A stretch of DNA of 37,755 nt, taken from contig CAJBWJ010000058.1 in assembly GCA_903959355.1 (NCBI GenBank), forward strand, positions 1 through 37,755. Reading direction: 5' to 3'. The stretch's first letter is position 1, and every line of letters begins with the position of its first letter. Shown here piece after piece: positions 17,636 to 24,114 of the stretch. The notes below the pieces were generated by a model. That model saw only the letters and a program-made list of their open reading frames with translations, searched no databases and was not told where the DNA came from. The position numbers and the translations under genes were made by a program. The DNA is from an uncultured bacterium (GTDB lineage: Bacteria > Patescibacteriota > Microgenomatia > UBA1400 > PJMF01).

Positions 17636-18396
17636 AGTTTGAATTCAACCTCAATTTTACGCTCCGTTTTATTGGTAGCTTTATCAGTTACTATGAAATT
17701 AAGTTCGTTTTTACCTTCAGCTAAATAATAGTTACTAGAAAAATTACCATCTTTATCAGCTAAAACTAAGCGGTCATTAATCATAACTTTAGCCTCGGCT
17801 TCAGTTTTACCTTTAATAGTAACTGTGCGATTTTTCTTTAATTCAATGACGCTACCATCTTTTGGTTCTTCAATATCCAGATTTGGAGCTTGTGAATCTC
17901 GCTCAACTAAATAGGTTTTAGTTTTTAAAGATTCATTACCAGCTTCATCAATACCATAAATGGCTATTTCATTTTTGCCTTCAGCAAGAGCTAGTTCATG
18001 TTCGAACTGTCCATCGTCAGCCACCTGAATCTCAGCTGTGTTAACCGAATCAACTAAAAAAACTACTTTACTTTTTGACTCAGCAAAACCACGTAAATTA
18101 AGACTGGCTGAATAAGTAGCTTCAACTGGGTTGCTAGATAAAATAGGGACCTGTGGAGGCACAGTGTCTTTTTCCACAAAAGGAGATTCTTTATCAATCA
18201 CAGCAAAAAAAAGTCTAATCAAATTTGGCATAATCAAAAAGATAAAAAGAAGAAGAATAACAATGCCAAAAAAAAGATAATAAAAAGTTTGTTTTTCTAT
18301 TTTGCTTTTTTCTTTTTTTGCCAAACGAGAAGAAGCTAAACCTTTTTTATCGTTTTTACTTTGATAGATAGAAGAATAATTACGAGACTTGAACAT
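17632..18396 (-). CDS. Membrane-anchored protein with two Ig-like beta-sandwich domains
   Basis: Basic N-terminus, one TM helix, two repeats (DTVPP...DDGQF...LAEGKNEI...DEAGN / DSQAP...DKDGNF...LAEGKNEL...DKATN). Confidence 0.8.
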   Translation of the reverse strand: MFKSRNYSSIYQSKNDKKGLASSRLAKKEKSKIEKQTFYYLFFGIVILLLFIFLIMPNLIRLFFAVIDKESPFVEKDTVPPQVPILSSNPVEATYSASLNLRGFAESKSKVVFLVDSVNTAEIQVADDGQFEHELALAEGKNEIAIYGIDEAGNESLKTKTYLVERDSQAPNLDIEEPKDGSVIELKKNRTVTIKGKTEAEAKVMINDRLVLADKDGNFSSNYYLAEGKNELNFIVTDKATNKTERKIEVEFKL

Positions 18397-18429
18397 AGGT
18401 CTTTTCCTATATTTATATTACTACTTTTG

Positions 18430-18502
18430 AGCCAAAGGTGGGGATCGAACCCACGACCTACGGTTTACGATACCGTTGCTCTACCAGCTGAGCTACTTTG
18501 GC
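18430..18502 (-). tRNA. tRNA-Thr(CGT)
   Basis: GCCAAAG acceptor, TAGCTCAGCTGGTAGAGC D-arm, ACGGT-AT CGT AA-ACCGT anticodon arm, GTTCGAT T-loop; CCA not encoded. Confidence 0.95.
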
Positions 18503-18554
18503 GTTTAGTTGTTTCCAATTTTACTACAAAATATTGTTACTAAAAATAAATCTG

Positions 18555-18625
18555 AGCGACCGAAGGGAGTCGAACCCTTATCTCAAACTTGGGAAGTTCG
18601 CATTCTACCGCTGAACTACGGTCGC
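18555..18625 (-). tRNA. tRNA-Gly(CCC)
   Basis: GCGACCG acceptor, CGAAC-TT CCC AA-GTTTG anticodon arm, GTTCGAC, U73; CCA not encoded. TATAAT upstream at 18642-18637. Confidence 0.95.
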
Positions 18626-18677
18626 TAATTAACAAGATTATAAACCAAAATCAATATTTATGAGTTAAAATTGCAAA

Positions 18678-18902
18678 ATGAAAGAGACTCTGCGAGTATC
18701 AAAGAAAAAAGATAGAGATGGTAAAAAAAGTGCTCAGGAGCATTTTGGGAGTGAAGCTTGGCCAGAGCAAAGATCGCATAAACATGTAACACTTCAACAC
18801 TCAGAAACTAACGAAATAATTTACGTAACACAAAAAGATAAAGGTCAAAAAATACTTCAACTATTGCAAAAAAGTTGGGAGATAATCACAAGGATAGATT
18901 GA
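18678..18902 (+). CDS. Hypothetical small protein (74 aa)
   Basis: TAAAAT (18666-18671) 6 nt before the ATG and a terminator just after the stop; fills the gap between two tRNAs. Confidence 0.55.
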   Translation: MKETLRVSKKKDRDGKKSAQEHFGSEAWPEQRSHKHVTLQHSETNEIIYVTQKDKGQKILQLLQKSWEIITRID

Positions 18903-18922
18903 AATTTGAGACCATCAAGAAT

Positions 18923-18950
18923 AAAAAAACGCCAGAATTGGCGTTTATTT
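18923..18950. terminator. Bidirectional intrinsic terminator
   Basis: AAACGCCA-GAAT-TGGCGTTT hairpin; U7 on the minus strand (after tRNA-Asp) and a T-rich tail on the plus strand. Confidence 0.8.
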
Positions 18951-18956
18951 ATTTTG

Positions 18957-19029
18957 CGACCTCGATCGGGATCGAACCGACGATCTTCTCCGTGACAGGG
19001 AGACATGTTAACCACTACACCACGAGGCC
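18957..19029 (-). tRNA. tRNA-Asp(GTC)
   Basis: GGCCTCG acceptor, TCTCC-CT GTC AC-GGAGA anticodon arm, GTTCGAT, G73; CCA not encoded. Confidence 0.95.
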
Positions 19030-19046
19030 ATTTTCTCGAAGACCCT

Positions 19047-19075
19047 ATTATAAACAATAAACATTTCTTTGTCAG
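19047..19075 (-). promoter_or_regulatory. sigma70 promoter of tRNA-Asp
   Basis: CTGACA-17 nt-TATAAT. Confidence 0.7.
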
Positions 19076-19096
19076 TAGTTACTTTGAGTGAGTAAA

Positions 19097-19105
19097 TGCT
19101 ATAAT
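19097..19105 (+). promoter_or_regulatory. Extended -10 promoter of lemA-htpX
   Basis: TG-C-TATAAT, overlapping the ORF-track ATG 19104. Confidence 0.65.
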
Positions 19106-19139
19106 GAAATCTCTAATTAACATCTACTCAAAGGACCAT

Positions 19140-19721
19140 ATGATGATTCCATTCATTGTTATCTTAGCTCTCGTCGTCTTCTATGTAATTGGTGTTTATA
19201 ATTCCCTTCAAACCCTCAAGACTCAAATTGTTGCCAGCATCCAAGAAATTGGCAATCAATTGAAGCGTCAAGCAGGCCTTATTCCAAATTTGGAAGTTGC
19301 TGTCAAAGGTCAACTTAAGCACGAACAAGGCATTTACAAAATGCTAACTGAAGCTCGTCAATCAGTCGCCAAAGCCGATTCTTCAGGATCTGCCAAGGAT
19401 ATTGATAAAGCAGTTGCCAGTATTCAAAATTTAATCCCACAAATTCAAGTGGTGGTTGAGAGTAATCCAGAATTAAAGGCCAATGAAGCTATTACTAAGT
19501 TCATGGATGAATTAACTGACACTGCAGATAAATTGACCTATGCTCGTCGTAGCGTCATCGATCTGTCTCAAGATTTCAATGAAAAATTAGTGGTTTTTCC
19601 TTCCAATATGATTGCCAATATGTTTGGCTTTAAAGAAGAAAAAGGCATTGTAACTTCATCGACCGGTGCACACATGGAAGTTAGCAGTGAAGAAGAAAAA
19701 AGCCCCAAGGTTAATCTCTAA
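19140..19721 (+). CDS. lemA: LemA family protein
   Basis: N-terminal TM, YNSL, LKRQAGLIPNL, ESNPELKAN, FPSNMIANMFGF. Start 19140 or 19143, after SD AAGGA. Confidence 0.93.
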   Translation: MMIPFIVILALVVFYVIGVYNSLQTLKTQIVASIQEIGNQLKRQAGLIPNLEVAVKGQLKHEQGIYKMLTEARQSVAKADSSGSAKDIDKAVASIQNLIPQIQVVVESNPELKANEAITKFMDELTDTADKLTYARRSVIDLSQDFNEKLVVFPSNMIANMFGFKEEKGIVTSSTGAHMEVSSEEEKSPKVNL

Positions 19722-19732
19722 CATTAACGCCT

Positions 19733-20650
19733 ATGACTCATTACCAGTTAGTTGCAAAAAATAAGCAACGATCTTTTTTGATCATAACTTTATTTATTGC
19801 TTTCATTGTTGGAGCAACTTATGTCATGGCCAAAGGTTTTGGCTATTCGCTAAGTTTGGTCGGCTGGGCTTTGATTCTATCTGGAATCACTTCATTTTTT
19901 AGCTATTATTACTCTGACAAAATTATCCTAGGTATTTCTGGCGCTAAAGAAGCCAAAAGAAGCGAATTCTTTGATTTCTACACCGTCACTGAAAACATTT
20001 GCTTGGGCCAAAAAATGCCAGTCCCTAAACTTTACGTCATCGAAGATTCAGCCATGAATGCTTTTGCCACCGGCCGAGATCCAGAACATGCTGTGGTCTG
20101 CGCTACTACTGGTTTGCTTAGTCGTCTTAATCGCAGTGAAATTGAAGCAGTTGTCGCTCATGAACTAAGTCATGTTAGAAATTACGACATCTTACTTATG
20201 TCGATTGTTTCAATTTTAGTTGGTTTTATCGCTTTGCTCGCAGATTGGATGATTAGAATGTCTTTTTGGGGTGGTGGCAGAAAAAAAAGTGATAACGATG
20301 GCGATAATCAAATGGGAGCAGTTATCGCTATTTTGGCAATTGCTCTCGCTATCCTTTCACCATTTGTTGCTCAACTTATTCAGCTAGCTATTTCTCGCCG
20401 CAGAGAATTTTTAGCCGATGCTAGTGGAGTAGAAATGACCAAAAATCCAGAGGGTTTGATCAAAGCTTTGAGCAAAATTTCTATGGATACCGAACCTCTT
20501 GAAGCAGCTAATAAAGCCACTGCTCATCTTTACATTAGCGACCCACTTAAAAATACTAAAGGAGCCATCCACACTTTTGCTAAGCTTTTTAACACACATC
20601 CACCAGTAGAAGAAAGAATAGCAATTTTAAGAGAAATGAGTCGAAAGTAA
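19733..20650 (+). CDS. htpX: Zinc metalloprotease HtpX (M48)
   Basis: NAFATG, AHELSH (HExxH), SRRREFLAD, THPP..ERI; usual pairing with lemA. Confidence 0.95.
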   Translation: MTHYQLVAKNKQRSFLIITLFIAFIVGATYVMAKGFGYSLSLVGWALILSGITSFFSYYYSDKIILGISGAKEAKRSEFFDFYTVTENICLGQKMPVPKLYVIEDSAMNAFATGRDPEHAVVCATTGLLSRLNRSEIEAVVAHELSHVRNYDILLMSIVSILVGFIALLADWMIRMSFWGGGRKKSDNDGDNQMGAVIAILAIALAILSPFVAQLIQLAISRRREFLADASGVEMTKNPEGLIKALSKISMDTEPLEAANKATAHLYISDPLKNTKGAIHTFAKLFNTHPPVEERIAILREMSRK

Positions 20651-20662
20651 GCACATAAAATG

Positions 20663-20671
20663 TGTTAAACT
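20663..20671 (+). promoter_or_regulatory. Extended -10 promoter candidate for gatCAB
   Basis: TG-T-TAAACT, 24 nt before the gatC ATG. Confidence 0.45.
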
Positions 20672-20695
20672 AAGCAGCTAGATCTATTACAAAAT

Positions 20696-21001
20696 ATGTC
20701 AGTCAACAATACACAAGTCAAACACATTGCCGCATTGGCCAATATCCCAGTTAGTGAAGAAGAAAGCCAAGAATTAGCTGAAGCTTTTACAGAAACTTTA
20801 GTTGTCGTCGATCGTCTCAGAAAAGCTGACGCTGGTAAAACAGCGATTACTCACCAGGTGACTGGTTTCAAAAATATTCTTCGTGAAGACATCGTTAAAG
20901 AAGAACAGAGTTTCACTCAAGAAGAAGCTCTCGCTAATGCTAAATCTACTTATAAAGGTTTTTTTGTCGTCCCTTACGTTTTACAAAACAAGGATAATTA
21001 A
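20696..21001 (+). CDS. gatC: Asp/Glu-tRNA amidotransferase subunit C
   Basis: VKHIAALANI, LRED, ALANA...GFFVVP; precedes gatA. Confidence 0.92.
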   Translation: MSVNNTQVKHIAALANIPVSEEESQELAEAFTETLVVVDRLRKADAGKTAITHQVTGFKNILREDIVKEEQSFTQEEALANAKSTYKGFFVVPYVLQNKDN

Positions 21002-21003
21002 AC

Positions 21004-22386
21004 ATGAAATTAAATGAACTTACTCTAAAAGAGAGTATCGACGCGCTAGATAAAAAAGAAGTCAAAATTGAAGAAATTTACCAAGACATCGACAAGGTTT
21101 ATCAAGCTAAAAATGAAGATCTAAACATTTATTTAAGTGTCGATGCAGATGCTCTCAAAAAAGCTAAAGAAGCTTCCAAAAAACCACTTCGTGGCCTACC
21201 GATTGCCGTCAAAGACAACTTTTGTACCATAGGACTACCAACTACCGCTTCATCCAATGTTCTCGATGGCTTTATGCCACAATATGAATCAACTGTCACT
21301 AAAAGATTGAAAGAAAATGGCGGCATCGTTTATGGCAAAACCAATATGGACGCTTGGGCTCATGGTTCTTCCACTGAAACTAGTGATTTTGGCCGTACTC
21401 TTAATCCTCGTAATATAGAACATCTGCCAGGTGGATCTTCTGGTGGTAGTGCAGCTGCCATTGCTGCTGATATGAGCATCGCTGCCATTGGTAGTGAAAC
21501 TGCTGGCTCTATTAGACAGCCGGCTGCCTGGTGTGGAACTGTTGGACTCAAACCAAGTTACGGCAGAGTTAGTCGTTTTGGCGTAGTTTCCATGGCTTCT
21601 TCTACTGATAGTCCTGGTCCTTTGACCAAAACTGTCGAAGATGCTTGTATTTTGCTTAACTCTTTTGCTGGTCCTGACGAAAGAGACGCTACCTGCAACA
21701 AAGAAAAAGCTCCTGATTTTACTAGTTTTCTAGGTCAGAGTATTAAGGGTTTAAAGATTGGTGTCATCTATCAAGATGTCAAAGAAATTGGTGAAACCAA
21801 CGATAAATTACTCCAAGAGTTAAATATTCTCAAAGAATTAGGCGCAGAAGTTGAAATCGTTAAAGCCATGGATCCTCATCATGCCATTGGTGTTTACACT
21901 GTGGTGCAGAGAGCTGAAGTTAGCAGTAATCTCGCTAGATATGATGGTATTCGCTATGGCGAAGATCGCAGTCACTTCGGTGATGAAAGTAAACGTCGTA
22001 TCATGCTTGGCACTTATACTTTGACTAAGGGTCATGCTGATCAATATTACAATTTAGCTCAAAAAGTTCGTACTCTTTATCTAGAAAACTATAAAGAACT
22101 ATTTAAAAAATATGACATTTTAGTTGCTCCAACTTCACCTTCTTTTGCCAAAAAAATTGGCGCTTCTTTCGAATCATCGATGTTTGGTGAATTGGAAGAT
22201 ATGTTAGTCGAAGCTAGTTCAGTCTCAGGACTTCCTGGCATCAATGTGCCTTTTTATCATGATGAAAAAACTAATCTCTATCTCGGTGCTAATTTTATTG
22301 CCCCAATGTGGAGAGAAGATTCAATCATCAAAGTCGCTGATGCTTTTGAAAAAAACACTAAGTGGAATTCATGGAGAAATAAATAA
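21004..22386 (+). CDS. gatA: Asp/Glu-tRNA amidotransferase subunit A
   Basis: Amidase signature AVKDN, GGSSGGS, GSETAGSIRQPA; SSNLARYDGIRYG; RRIMLGT. Confidence 0.96.
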   Translation: MKLNELTLKESIDALDKKEVKIEEIYQDIDKVYQAKNEDLNIYLSVDADALKKAKEASKKPLRGLPIAVKDNFCTIGLPTTASSNVLDGFMPQYESTVTKRLKENGGIVYGKTNMDAWAHGSSTETSDFGRTLNPRNIEHLPGGSSGGSAAAIAADMSIAAIGSETAGSIRQPAAWCGTVGLKPSYGRVSRFGVVSMASSTDSPGPLTKTVEDACILLNSFAGPDERDATCNKEKAPDFTSFLGQSIKGLKIGVIYQDVKEIGETNDKLLQELNILKELGAEVEIVKAMDPHHAIGVYTVVQRAEVSSNLARYDGIRYGEDRSHFGDESKRRIMLGTYTLTKGHADQYYNLAQKVRTLYLENYKELFKKYDILVAPTSPSFAKKIGASFESSMFGELEDMLVEASSVSGLPGINVPFYHDEKTNLYLGANFIAPMWREDSIIKVADAFEKNTKWNSWRNK

Positions 22387-23726
22387 TGCCATACAAACTC
22401 GTTTGTGGACTAGAAGTTCACGCTGAAGTTAAAACAGCTTCCAAAATGTTTTGTTCCTGCAAAAACGATCCTTTTGGTGCTATTCAACCAAATATTCACA
22501 CCTGTCCAGTTTGTCTAGGTATGCCAGGAGGATTGCCTGTCGCCAATCGCAAAGCTATTGAATTAACCATTAAGCTCGGCTTAGCTCTTAATTGTAAAAT
22601 TAATCTTTTTTCCAAATTTGATCGCAAAAACTACTTTTATCCAGATCTGGCCAAGGGTTATCAGATTAGCCAATACGACATTCCTTTTTGTCATGATGGT
22701 TATATTGATACCAGTGAGGGTAGGGTAGGCATTCACCGTATCCATCTAGAAGAAGACACCGCCAAACTTTCTCATCAAGAAATTGATTTAGATGGCGACG
22801 GAAAAGTAGAAAAAGTCACCCTAATTGATTTCAATCGTAGCAGTGTTCCTTTAGTCGAAGTCGTCACTGAAGCAGATATTAAATCAGCCACCCAGGCCAA
22901 AGAATATGGCCAAAAGTTGCGTCAAATCATGCGTTATTTAGACATTGCTGATTGTGACATGGAAAAAGGCGGTATGCGCCTAGAAGCCAATATTTCTCTT
23001 CGCAAAGAAGGTCGCACTGGTCTTCCTGATTACAAAGTAGAGTGCAAAAATATTAACTCTTTTAAATTTTTAGAGGCTGCTATCCATTTCGAAATTGAAC
23101 GTCAAACAGAAGTTTTGCAAAACGGTGGCACGCCAATTCAAGAAACTCGTGGTTACAATTCCACCACTGGTAAAACATTTCCTCAACGCACTAAAGAAGA
23201 CGCAGCTGACTACAGATACTTCCCAGATCCAGATCTGCCACCAATCGAATTTACTGCTGAGCAAATTGAGGCAATTCGTGGCGAAATTGGAGAATTACCA
23301 GAAGCCAAAGCTGCTCGTTTCATCAAAGAATTCAATCTCAATGAAAAAAGCACCCGCGAACTCACTGCTAATAATAAAAAGTCGGTTTTCTTTGAAGAAA
23401 TTCTTTCTACTGCTAAAAAAGAAAGTTTAGATTCTCAAAAACTAGTAAACAGCTTACTTAATAAAAAATTTGAATTTTCTTTTGACGAAAAAGCTTCTGC
23501 TATTATTGAAAAATTCAAAGCTTCTTCTACAAGCGAAACAATTGATGATGGTGAACTAAAAAGCGTCATTAATAAAGTTTTAGCAGCCAATCAAGATGCG
23601 GTCGAAAAATATAAACTCGGCAAAACTGCTGTCGCTGGATTTCTAATTGGCCAGGTGATGAGAGAACTTGGCAAAAAAGTTGATATCAACTTGGTTAGAG
23701 AAAAGTTGATTTCTTTACTCGACTAG
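22386..23726 (+). CDS. gatB: Asp/Glu-tRNA amidotransferase subunit B
   Basis: GLEVH, CPVCLGMPG, RKNYFYPDL, HLEED, KNINSF, QETR, YRYFPDPDL, GQVMR. Confidence 0.96.
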   Translation: MPYKLVCGLEVHAEVKTASKMFCSCKNDPFGAIQPNIHTCPVCLGMPGGLPVANRKAIELTIKLGLALNCKINLFSKFDRKNYFYPDLAKGYQISQYDIPFCHDGYIDTSEGRVGIHRIHLEEDTAKLSHQEIDLDGDGKVEKVTLIDFNRSSVPLVEVVTEADIKSATQAKEYGQKLRQIMRYLDIADCDMEKGGMRLEANISLRKEGRTGLPDYKVECKNINSFKFLEAAIHFEIERQTEVLQNGGTPIQETRGYNSTTGKTFPQRTKEDAADYRYFPDPDLPPIEFTAEQIEAIRGEIGELPEAKAARFIKEFNLNEKSTRELTANNKKSVFFEEILSTAKKESLDSQKLVNSLLNKKFEFSFDEKASAIIEKFKASSTSETIDDGELKSVINKVLAANQDAVEKYKLGKTAVAGFLIGQVMRELGKKVDINLVREKLISLLD

Positions 23727-23730
23727 AAGT

Positions 23731-23768
23731 TTGACATTACTTGATGTGGGAGTTACAATTTCGTAACT
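23731..23768 (+). promoter_or_regulatory. Near-consensus sigma70 promoter with overlapping inverted repeat
   Basis: TTGACA (23731-23736), 17 nt, TACAAT (23754-23759); AGTTAC-N6-GTAACT at 23751-23768. Confidence 0.75.
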
Positions 23769-23796
23769 TATTATAACTGCCTAAGAAAAGATTATT

Positions 23797-24033
23797 ATGG
23801 GAAAACCAGAAATTAAAGCAGCTCCGGAAGATGGATTTATAGCTGAAATCGCGGAGATATTAAATTCCAAAACATTACCTTTTGATGTAACTGATCTTGT
23901 TAAAAAATACTTGACATCTTCGACACTAATGAAACTAAATGATGCTATAAGATTTTGCTGTTCCAAAAATATGAGTCGCCCAAGCATTATGGCTACAGAT
24001 GGTAATAAAAAATACATGCTATCGAATCATTAG
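23797..24033 (+). CDS. Hypothetical small protein (78 aa)
   Basis: ATG downstream of a strong promoter, co-oriented with its neighbours; no motif recognised. Confidence 0.55.
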   Translation: MGKPEIKAAPEDGFIAEIAEILNSKTLPFDVTDLVKKYLTSSTLMKLNDAIRFCCSKNMSRPSIMATDGNKKYMLSNH

Positions 24034-24067
24034 TTCTAAAAACTAATTTTACAAATCTCTTCATTAA

Positions 24068-24105
24068 TGTTAGACTTTTCCAGAGGTTAGTTAAGCCTAA
24101 CCCTG
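24068..24105 (+). promoter_or_regulatory. Extended -10 candidate and 5' UTR hairpin of dnaE
   Basis: TG-T-TAGACT (24068-24076), then CAG-A-GGTTAG-ttaagc-CTAACC-CTG (24081-24105). Confidence 0.45.
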
Positions 24106-24114
24106 TTGAATTTT

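Noticed and set aside
18430-19029. Possible integrative element at the tRNA cluster
   Set aside because: No integrase and no duplicated tRNA 3' end (att site) found by eye in the window.
18361-19060. Short ORFs 18361-18543, 18857-19057 and 18875-19060
   Set aside because: They overlap tRNA genes and are spurious.
23781-24017. 78-aa minus-strand ORF mirroring the orphan
   Set aside because: The plus-strand ORF has the promoter and an ATG; the minus one lacks supporting signals.
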